A stretch of DNA of 58,133 bases, taken from the NCBI GenBank assembly GCA_028719205.1, contig JAQUKH010000013.1, positions 1-58,133 of the forward strand, given 5' to 3'. The notes under the pieces were generated by a model that worked only from the letters and a program-made list of their open reading frames with translations, was not told the origin of the DNA and ran no database searches. The position numbers and the translations under genes are program-made. Shown here in pieces: positions 1 to 7,562 of this stretch. This DNA is from a bacterium (GTDB lineage: Bacteria; JACRDZ01; JAQUKH01). Position 1 is the stretch's first letter. Each line of letters begins with the position of its first letter.

Positions 1-2412
1 CGTCGGTTCACTCAAATATCCCCAGTCTGCCATCATATCTTTAAAGGCGCCGGTTACGCCTTTTTGTTTTTCCCATTCCAATTTATATTTTGCCTCCCTG
101 CCCCAATATATCCGTAATTCTTCTCCGGCCGGTAAGTAAGGAGGAACACCTTTCATTATATAGAAATCTTCACGAGTTAATTTTTTTTGCCCGGGGTTTA
201 AGACCGGCAATCCATAATCCCCAACCAGAAATTTTGATAAAGGGATTTCTTTTCCCTCATTTTTTATATCAACTTTTATTTCAGCATTAAACGGATCGGT
301 AGCAAAATTAATCATCACGTTTTTACCGGTAATATTAAATTCTAAAATATTTGAATTTGCCTTGATCTCGCCTTGTCCATCCAAAGAATAACTTCCGATT
401 TTTCCTTCGGCTATTATTTGCCCTTTAATATTTTTATTTTCCGGATTGGAAAATCTTATTATATTTTCTTCGGGATCGGGTTCAAACCCGTCCAGAATAT
501 TTTGCATATCCCGGCGTATCAATGGTTCCTTATCAATAATGTTATTATTCTCCCATGTATCCTTTCCAAGATCATATAATTCTTCAGGAATCAATTCCTG
601 CATTTTTTTGCCTTGTTTGTCATACACCCCGAAGTTGCGGATATATTTATACTTGTCTTTAATTCTGACACCTTTATTAAATCTTCCCCGCATAAAAATA
701 ATTTCGTTATTATTTGTAGGGGCGGTTTGCGAACCGCCCCTGCTGGTTTCATAAATAATGTCACTAATGCTTTTCCCACGTAAATAATCTGTTGTTTTAA
801 TATCCATTAGATCAAAAATAGTAGGTATTAAATTCAATAGTTGAACAGTTTGTTTTACCTTAGTACCTTCCGGGATCTTTCCGGGCAGGCGCATAATTAG
901 CGGCACATTAACATCATCTTCTTTCAGCGAAATGCCGTGGTCGTGAAAAACAACTTTTTTATTGCTGCCGGGTATTTTATGCAGCGCGAGATTTTCTCCG
1001 TGGTCGCTTAAAACCACGATCAGCGTATTACTGCTTAAATTTAATTTTTCTACCGCGTCCAAAAGTATGCCAAGGTATACGTCAGTGTAGGTTACGTCCG
1101 CTTCATATAATGTTCGGTACCATTTTTCACTTGAAAACTTATCCAATATTTTTAATGCTTTCCGGAAATACCTGAAAGGAGGTTTATAGGGGCCGTGGGG
1201 CGCGTCGTAATAAACAAGCAGGCCGAAAGGTTTATCTCCGTATCGGCCCAGCCAGCTCACAGCCTCGTTTGTAATATATACATTACTGTACCCATAACGC
1301 TCAATGATCCTTGTATCATTAAAACCAAAATCAACCCCGAAACCGGCGCCATCGGTAAGCAGTGAAACTGTTCCGATCGATCCTGTGTAATAACCGTTTT
1401 TATTTAAAATTGTAGCCAGTGTCGGAACATTTGACCTGTAAAAATTATCCCGGCTTTCTTTGCCTGACACATATTCCAGAGAAACCTCGCCTAATTCAAA
1501 GGGCAGGCGCGAAGTTAAAAAAGATGTGACGGATTGTTTGGTCATATTGCCGTTTGCGATCGCCTTTTCAAAACTTACTCCTTCGTTGGCCAATTTATCA
1601 AGATTCGGAGTCAGATCATTTATCCCTACCGCGTCCTTACGCAGGGAATCAATTATGACAAAGATCAAATTTGTTTTTTGGTATAAATTCCCGGTTTCTT
1701 CCGTGATTATCGGGTTTGCCCAGAAGGCGGGAGCGGCGTCCCCTTTTGTTTCAAAAACAAGTTTCATGTTTTGGCCGGCAAATGGAGTAAGGTCTATTTT
1801 ATATTCGTGCCACTTGCTGTCCCGGTCTTCCATTTGTACATCTAAATACTGATAAAGGTCTTTATTTAATTTATCCCTGTGCTGAAAAGGGAATTTCTTT
1901 ATGGGATTGATCTTTTCCCGGAAGATACTATATTCCTTATTTTGCGGATCAATTATTTTTACGATGAATTCGGCCGGTTTACTTATTACGCCGCATGAAA
2001 ATTCTAACCGCGGTTTATTTTTTGGAAGGGTTAATTCGTAAGAAATTGTAGTTGCCGGCGGCGCGAACATGGAATTTTGGTGAACTACCCTTAAAGGATA
2101 CCATCCCAGAGAGATATGCATATTTTCGCGTATTAAATGATAATCCCGGTTATCATTGATATATGTATAATTTTTTAAAAGGTCCTGATATTGGCTGGTA
2201 TAATCCTGGTGATCAATTTTTGCCTTTAGGCTTAGATCAATAAGATTATGCGTAATAACTCTTTTTTGTCTGATAGGTGCCAGCTCAAACTTCGGGGATT
2301 TTACCCGATGGTCATTGGGCAATATTAATGTAAAGAAAACTATAAGGATTGTTATAACCAGCAAAAAGCAGGTAATCCCGATTATTTTCATGATTTTCAA
2401 GAAAATTTCCAT
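1..2412 (-). CDS. Membrane-anchored sulfatase-like / alkaline-phosphatase-superfamily hydrolase or transferase (3' end runs off the window)
   Basis: Absent from the ORF track, presumably because no stop lies in the window. Hand translation of segments from ATG 2412 gives an N-terminal TM helix, NLIFVIIDSLRKD...TPNLDKLANEGVSFEKAIANGNMTKQSVTSFLTSR, YYDAPHGPY, LIVVLSDHGE, DHG, ELYDL and C-terminal DMMADWGYL. All checked segments are in the same frame. Confidence 0.85.
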   Translation of the reverse strand, partial: MEIFLKIMKIIGITCFLLVITILIVFFTLILPNDHRVKSPKFELAPIRQKRVITHNLIDLSLKAKIDHQDYTSQYQDLLKNYTYINDNRDYHLIRENMHISLGWYPLRVVHQNSMFAPPATTISYELTLPKNKPRLEFSCGVISKPAEFIVKIIDPQNKEYSIFREKINPIKKFPFQHRDKLNKDLYQYLDVQMEDRDSKWHEYKIDLTPFAGQNMKLVFETKGDAAPAFWANPIITEETGNLYQKTNLIFVIIDSLRKDAVGINDLTPNLDKLANEGVSFEKAIANGNMTKQSVTSFLTSRLPFELGEVSLEYVSGKESRDNFYRSNVPTLATILNKNGYYTGSIGTVSLLTDGAGFGVDFGFNDTRIIERYGYSNVYITNEAVSWLGRYGDKPFGLLVYYDAPHGPYKPPFRYFRKALKILDKFSSEKWYRTLYEADVTYTDVYLGILLDAVEKLNLSSNTLIVVLSDHGENLALHKIPGSNKKVVFHDHGISLKEDDVNVPLIMRLPGKIPEGTKVKQTVQLLNLIPTIFDLMDIKTTDYLRGKSISDIIYETSRGGSQTAPTNNNEIIFMRGRFNKGVRIKDKYKYIRNFGVYDKQGKKMQELIPEELYDLGKDTWENNNIIDKEPLIRRDMQNILDGFEPDPEENIIRFSNPENKNIKGQIIAEGKIGSYSLDGQGEIKANSNILEFNITGKNVMINFATDPFNAEIKVDIKNEGKEIPLSKFLVGDYGLPVLNPGQKKLTREDFYIMKGVPPYLPAGEELRIYWGREAKYKLEWEKQKGVTGAFKDMMADWGYLSEPT
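716..743. repeat. GTAG-type REP palindrome, in frame inside the sulfatase-like gene
   Basis: GTAGGGGCGGTTTGCGAACCGCCCCTGC, nearly identical to the intergenic copy at 18027-18054. Confidence 0.85.
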
Positions 2413-2442
2413 AGGTGTATAAAAGTATTTGCAGCTCGTGAT

Positions 2443-3789
2443 TTAATAATCTTTTAGCGAATTAATTACCAGCCCTGTCAGTATTTTAGGGTAAAAATAT
2501 GTGGATTTGTGGGGCATTCGCTCGCCTAAAGACGCGATTTTTTTAACCTGGGAAATTTTAGTAGGATTGAGCAGGATAACCGCTTTAGCCTCTTTTTGGT
2601 CAACTTTTTTACATGCCGTTTCAGTGTCGGCAAGGTAAAAGATATCTTCTTCTTTTGCCTTAAAAATAGTGTGGATCAAGATATATTGCAGTACAACTAC
2701 ATCAAGTTCAGCCCATTCTTTTGGTTTGCCGTGCTCCATTTTTTCCAAAACATGATTATGGTCTTTTAATTTCAGGAGTAAAAATGATTTTTCTCCTGAA
2801 AGATATAACCCAAAAAGATGTTTTTTAAGGCCTTCTTTTTCCATTTGGCCAATTAAAATCTTTAATTGAGACGCCTTTTGCTTTTCATTTCTAAAGGGAA
2901 ACTTTTTAACTAAAAAATATTTTTCAAGCTCATTCATTTTTAAAGGCACAAAATCTTTGAGCAGGCGGTGTGTGGGTAAAATGGTTAAACCGGTATCATC
3001 CATATTGGAAAGGTACATCATTACATAATTATAAGGCTCTTCGCCTGTGAATTTTTTATCCTTCTTTCTTCTTTCGTTGCGGTAATTCAATGCTGTTTCA
3101 TAACGATGATGCCCGTCAGCGATAAAAAGCGGCTTTTTTTCAATATTTTTAACTATTTTTTTGATCGTATTTGTATCTGTGATTTTCCAAAGCCGGTGTG
3201 TTGAACCTTCTTCGTCTTTCAATTCAATATCCGGTTTACCCGCCGTGGAGGGCCTGCCCGCCTGGGCGGGCTTGCCGATGTTAGCCGTAAAGAGTTTATT
3301 GATATTGTTATTTTTATCAGGGTAAAGGGCAAAAACCTGGCTTAAATTTACCTGACAACTCCGTAAAAGGTCTAAACGGTCGGATTTAACATTTTTAAAT
3401 GTTTTCTCATGCGGCAGCACTACGCCGTTTTCAAAATCTTCAATTTTCACGAGAGAAATAAAGCCCGAACGAATTTTTTTCAAATTATTTTTTAAATTAT
3501 AAGTGTGTGTATGAAAATAAAAGGCGGGAACTTCGTCACGGGTAAGAACATCTTTTCCAAGCCACTCATTAATAAAATCATTAGCGCGGGTATATTTATT
3601 ATTTTTTAGATTATCGTCTTTGATTTCTTTCCCCAGGTCAAGGCGGACGATATTAAAAGGAGATTTTTTATAATATTCATCCTGTTTTTTAGGTGTGATT
3701 ACATCATAAGGCGGTGTGACCGCGTTACTTAAATTTTTTACCTTTTTTGTATTATACAAGATCCCGCGAAACGGAATTATATGCGCCAT
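2443..3789 (-). CDS. DUF1015 family protein
   Basis: MAHIIPFRG, TPPYDVI, VLPHEKT, FIADGHHRYETA, LPTHR and MPHKSTYFYPK motifs. Confidence 0.9.
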   Translation of the reverse strand: MAHIIPFRGILYNTKKVKNLSNAVTPPYDVITPKKQDEYYKKSPFNIVRLDLGKEIKDDNLKNNKYTRANDFINEWLGKDVLTRDEVPAFYFHTHTYNLKNNLKKIRSGFISLVKIEDFENGVVLPHEKTFKNVKSDRLDLLRSCQVNLSQVFALYPDKNNNINKLFTANIGKPAQAGRPSTAGKPDIELKDEEGSTHRLWKITDTNTIKKIVKNIEKKPLFIADGHHRYETALNYRNERRKKDKKFTGEEPYNYVMMYLSNMDDTGLTILPTHRLLKDFVPLKMNELEKYFLVKKFPFRNEKQKASQLKILIGQMEKEGLKKHLFGLYLSGEKSFLLLKLKDHNHVLEKMEHGKPKEWAELDVVVLQYILIHTIFKAKEEDIFYLADTETACKKVDQKEAKAVILLNPTKISQVKKIASLGERMPHKSTYFYPKILTGLVINSLKDY

Positions 3790-3900
3790 GTTCCCCTCAA
3801 TTTAGAAAAAGTAATTATATCAAAAAATAGATTTTTTTCAACTATTATAATAAATTTTTGCATCTAAAATTTTATTGATAAGCCCAAGAATCGGAGTATA

Positions 3901-4692
3901 ATGAAAAAAAATGGAAATTTTTATTTACAAAATATGAATAATAATGATATTTTGTCAAAACAAGACGCAATCTGCCTTTTAGACCTTATTAATGAAAGCC
4001 TTTTCTGTGCAAAAGAGAAAGAATTCAGAATTCTTTTGGATAAATTAAAAAACCTGCTTAATTTTGAATATGCCGTTAGCGCATCGATAAATCTTGATAA
4101 AAAAGGATTAATAGAATCTTATGAGCTTGTCAATTTAAATTATCCGGCCCAATGGATGGAAGCTTATGTTGAAAAAAGATATGATCTGATTGATCCCATT
4201 GTTATAGAAAATATTACCAAATATAATGTTCAGTACTGGAATGATACTTACAAAAAACATAATGCTCCTAAAAAATTTGTAAATACAGCAAAAGATGTTG
4301 GACTAAAAGAAGGTTATACTTACGGATTGAAAAATCTTGAAGGTACTCATGGCACTATATTTTCATTTTCAGGGCCGAAATACAAACAGCAGCTTAGAAC
4401 AGAGTATATTTTAAAATATGTAATTCCACATCTACATCAGGCACTTATCCGCTTTTTAAAACCGAATATGAAACTGAACGCAGATAAGGATGATGTTTTA
4501 CTCTCTTCCCGGGAGAAAGAGATACTAAATTGGGTTAAATACGGGAAGAGTTCCTGGGAAATATCAGTTATCCTTCACATCAGCGAAAGAACAGTAAATT
4601 TTCATGTTACTAACATTATGCATAAGCTGGATGTCGTGAAAAGGTCTCAGGCCGTCGCAGTGGCGATTGATCAGGGGTATATTCAGATTTAA
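3901..4692 (+). CDS. LuxR-family regulator with autoinducer (AHL)-binding domain; no luxI in the window
   Basis: NYPAQWMEAY...IDP...W...G ligand-binding residues and C-terminal LuxR HTH LSSREKEILNWVKYGKSSWEISVILHISERTVNFH. Confidence 0.92.
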   Translation: MKKNGNFYLQNMNNNDILSKQDAICLLDLINESLFCAKEKEFRILLDKLKNLLNFEYAVSASINLDKKGLIESYELVNLNYPAQWMEAYVEKRYDLIDPIVIENITKYNVQYWNDTYKKHNAPKKFVNTAKDVGLKEGYTYGLKNLEGTHGTIFSFSGPKYKQQLRTEYILKYVIPHLHQALIRFLKPNMKLNADKDDVLLSSREKEILNWVKYGKSSWEISVILHISERTVNFHVTNIMHKLDVVKRSQAVAVAIDQGYIQI

Positions 4693-4783
4693 TAAACCAT
4701 TCCATTTATCCATCTCAATTCCTCTCGAAAAATTATGCCTTAAATCAAAATTTATAAGTTATTCGGGAAAAAAGATTTACCCT

Positions 4784-4803
4784 ACCTGTAATAAATTACA
4801 GGT
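4784..4803 (+). promoter_or_regulatory. lux box (20-bp inverted repeat) with a candidate -10 element TAAAGT at 4825-4830
   Basis: ACCTGTAAT-AA-ATTACAGGT has 9-bp perfect arms. The outer 7+7 bp match the V. fischeri lux box ACCTGTA-N6-TACAGGT. It lies directly downstream of the luxR gene. Confidence 0.85.
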
Positions 4804-4852
4804 GTTTTTTACGGATAAAAATTGTAAAGTATATATATTTAACGCAATAAAA

Positions 4853-4966
4853 TCCCTGCGCTCGGAAGAACTGTAGATTTTAAGAAAACTGTTTCATCCC
4901 TCCGGTTTTTTTAAAAATGGCCGGGAGTAGTTTTCAGCCAGATAACTGCGTCTTCTGGGTGTGGGA
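4853..4966 (+). ncRNA. Putative long rod-like RNA hairpin (sRNA or structured 5' leader), family unknown
   Basis: TCCCTGCGCTCGGAAGA pairs with TCTTCTGGGTGTGGGA. Inner stems GAAAACTGTT/AGTAGTTTTC and TCCGGTT/GGCCGGG. Many G-U pairs favour the + strand. Paired by eye only. Confidence 0.5.
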
Positions 4967-5006
4967 GGTTTCATGTGAAAATATTGGAAATGCAAAAAGG
5001 AGCGGC

Positions 5007-5159
5007 ATGCAAGATGATTTATCAAAAATTCTGGTGATTATTCAGGCATTGGAGGAGGCCGAAGAACAGGTTCGCCTGCGGCAAATGAAGGAAAGATCAG
5101 AAGAAAGCACGAAAGAATTAACGGAATTGCATACGGACCCGGCTGACAAGGACAAATAA
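5007..5159 (+). CDS. Small 50-aa charged helical protein of unknown function
   Basis: AAGGAG ribosome-binding site 4 nt before ATG 5007; MQDDLSKILVIIQALEEAEEQVRLRQMKERSEESTKELTELHTDPADKDK. Confidence 0.6.
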   Translation: MQDDLSKILVIIQALEEAEEQVRLRQMKERSEESTKELTELHTDPADKDK

Positions 5160-5177
5160 AAGATAAAATTTAAGGTT

Positions 5178-6062
5178 CTATTTTTTTTCCAACGGTTCCA
5201 TATGGACCACTACATCTGTTATCTCTTTAATATTAATTTTGATCGTGGTTTCAATTGAATTGCTTATTTCATGGGCTTTATCTATGTGTGTTTCCGGGTT
5301 TATCTGGACGTGCAGGTCTAAATGTATATCGTCGGGCCTGCCTCGCGACCGTATCTTGTGGCATGCTTCTACTCCGTTGATACTGAGGACAATATTTTTT
5401 ATTTTATTATCATCTATCACCGCGGTATCACACAGGACTTGCGAACCCTCTTTTATTATCCCGTATGCCGCGTGGGCGATAAAAAACGATATGATGATCG
5501 CGGCGATCGGGTCAAATATCGGATAACCCAATTTAATCGCGGCTAAGGCAGTTAGAACTGACAGTGACGTGAAAATATCTGATTTTGTGTGAAGCGCGTC
5601 GGAAACAAGAAAGTCGCTTTTTAGCTCTTTTCCTTTTTTAAGTTCATATCTCATGACCAGAACATTGACGGTCATAGTCGCGATCATTATAATAAAACTT
5701 TTGTAATCTACCTCAGTAATAGCCGCGGCCGGATTGAGAAAACGATTTATGCTTCCTCTGATCAAATTGAAACAAACAACGCTTAATAACCCCGCGATGC
5801 TTAAAGACGCGAAGGTTTCATATTTTTTGTGCCCGTACGGGTGATCCTTGTCTATTGGCTTGGATGCGATAGCGATCCCGACCAGGCCTATTATGTTTGA
5901 AGCCCCGTCGGTTAATGAATGGAATCCATCCGCGGTCATACTCATGCAGTTGGTGTAAATGCCATAGAATATTTTTGCGAAGGCCACCAGCCAGTTTAAT
6001 AGCAGGGTGATGAATAAGATAAATTTAATATCTTTGTAACGGGTTTGTCCTGTGGATTCCAT
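5178..6062 (-). CDS. Cation diffusion facilitator (FieF-like) transporter
   Basis: ADGFHSLTD, HPYGHKKYE, SDALHTKSD and a C-terminal dimerization domain ending VVVHMEP. Confidence 0.93.
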   Translation of the reverse strand: MESTGQTRYKDIKFILFITLLLNWLVAFAKIFYGIYTNCMSMTADGFHSLTDGASNIIGLVGIAIASKPIDKDHPYGHKKYETFASLSIAGLLSVVCFNLIRGSINRFLNPAAAITEVDYKSFIIMIATMTVNVLVMRYELKKGKELKSDFLVSDALHTKSDIFTSLSVLTALAAIKLGYPIFDPIAAIIISFFIAHAAYGIIKEGSQVLCDTAVIDDNKIKNIVLSINGVEACHKIRSRGRPDDIHLDLHVQINPETHIDKAHEISNSIETTIKINIKEITDVVVHMEPLEKK

Positions 6063-6119
6063 AGTTCGGAATTATAGCATAATTTTATTGATTATTTGAT
6101 ATTTATTTAAAGCAGTATC

Positions 6120-7172
6120 TCATTTTAATTTAAAATTCTTTTTGGTGAAAAGTTCCACACAGGCGTCTACTGCGACCGGTTCATAAAAAATACCTCTGTT
6201 TTCTGAAAGCTCTTTTAACGCGCCATCGATGCCGATAGCCGGCCGGTACGGACGGTGAGATATCATGGCCTCAAAAGTATCAGATACACGCAATATTTTT
6301 GCTTCCAAAAGGATCACATCACCGGACAGCCCCTGAGGATAGCCTGAACCATTGATATTCTCATGATGTTGAAATACTATCTTGGCGATAGGCCAAGAAA
6401 ATTCTATGTCTTTTAAAATAACGTAACCTGTTTCAGGGTGAAGGCGAACCAGATTCATTTCATGTTTGTTCAGCCAGGCCGGTTTAACCAGTATGTCGAT
6501 AGGGACGCTGATCTTTCCGGTATCATGTACTAATGAAGCTAAATACAAACCCTTGATCTGTTCCTCCGACAGCCCGACAAGTTCAGCGATAGCTGAAGAA
6601 AGCTGAGCTACGCGGCGCTGGTGGCCGGCAGTATAAGGGTCTCTTTTTTCAAGAGCGAAAGCGAAGGCGTCAATTGTTTCTATTAATATTCTTTGCAATT
6701 TCTTTTTTTCAACCTGCAATTCGGATGTACGCTCATTTACTTTAACCTCAAGGTCATTCTTCGAGTTCTGAAGTTTTTTCTGTATAAGGCTGCGTTCAAG
6801 CGTATAGTCTATAGCGCGCAGGAACATATTACATTCAAGCTGATTTTTAGTAATATAGTCCTGTGCGCCTTTACTGACCGTACGGATCGCCAGGGTCTCA
6901 TCTTCGGAACCGGTTAAAATAATCATAGGGGTATCGTGAGCCTGCTCTTTGACTTTTGTGAAAGTGTCAAATCCACGGGAGTCCGGCAAATTAAGATCCA
7001 GTAAGATCAGATCAAAGATATTATTTTTTTCATACTCTAATGCTTTTACTAAATTATCAGACCATGTGATCGCAAATTCTGTCCTTCCGGCAATTTTAAA
7101 TATCTTTTGATATAAGTCTACTGAGGATGGATTGTCTTCAATGATGAGTATCTTTGTATTTTCTCTTTTCAT
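6120..7172 (-). CDS. Response regulator with HD-GYP phosphodiesterase domain
   Basis: REC (ILIIED, LLDLNLPD) plus RDPYTAGHQRRV, HDTGK, HHENINGSGYPQGL and HRPYR. Confidence 0.93.
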   Translation of the reverse strand: MKRENTKILIIEDNPSSVDLYQKIFKIAGRTEFAITWSDNLVKALEYEKNNIFDLILLDLNLPDSRGFDTFTKVKEQAHDTPMIILTGSEDETLAIRTVSKGAQDYITKNQLECNMFLRAIDYTLERSLIQKKLQNSKNDLEVKVNERTSELQVEKKKLQRILIETIDAFAFALEKRDPYTAGHQRRVAQLSSAIAELVGLSEEQIKGLYLASLVHDTGKISVPIDILVKPAWLNKHEMNLVRLHPETGYVILKDIEFSWPIAKIVFQHHENINGSGYPQGLSGDVILLEAKILRVSDTFEAMISHRPYRPAIGIDGALKELSENRGIFYEPVAVDACVELFTKKNFKLK

Positions 7173-7176
7173 ATTG

Positions 7177-7560
7177 TTAACTCCTTTCGCCGAGTTTTTT
7201 AAACACTTCCTCTATTGTTGTTTTCAAAAATACCAGATCAACCGGTTTTTCCAGATATTGGTCAATATATTCGACGGGTAAATCTTTTTTATTTAATTCG
7301 TTTATTATCGCGGTTAAAATAATAACCGGTATCGCTTTAGTATTTTCATCTCTCTTCAATATTTTTAAAACCTCTATGCCGTTCATTCCGGGCATGTTAA
7401 TATCTAAAAGGATCAAATCAGGATTCAGGCTCTTTACGTTCATGATACCATCTTCTCCGTTAAACGCGATGTTTACTTCAAAAGCACCCATATGTTCCAA
7501 ACCGGCCTTTACTATATCGCAAATCCTTTTTTCGTCATCAATGATTAATATCTTTTTCAT
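7177..7560 (-). CDS. Single-domain response regulator
   Basis: KILIIDDE, DLILLDINMPGMNG, ILTA, EKP. Confidence 0.93.
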   Translation of the reverse strand: MKKILIIDDEKRICDIVKAGLEHMGAFEVNIAFNGEDGIMNVKSLNPDLILLDINMPGMNGIEVLKILKRDENTKAIPVIILTAIINELNKKDLPVEYIDQYLEKPVDLVFLKTTIEEVFKKLGERS

Positions 7561-7562
7561 CT

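Noticed and set aside
90-1852. Short ORF-track ORFs (90-290, 373-579, 446-754, 591-779, 1460-1852)
   Set aside because: They are antisense or out-of-frame shadows of the long minus-strand sulfatase-like gene. The same applies to most short ORFs overlapping recognised genes elsewhere in the window.
4853-4966. Calling the hairpin 6S RNA or SRP RNA
   Set aside because: It is too short for typical 6S RNA and lacks the usual zapA/ygfA context. No SRP helix-8 motif is visible. Left as an unknown structure.
4917-5006. ORF-track 80-aa start at 4917
   Set aside because: The ATG lies inside the hairpin with no RBS. ATG 5007 has AAGGAG and is preferred.
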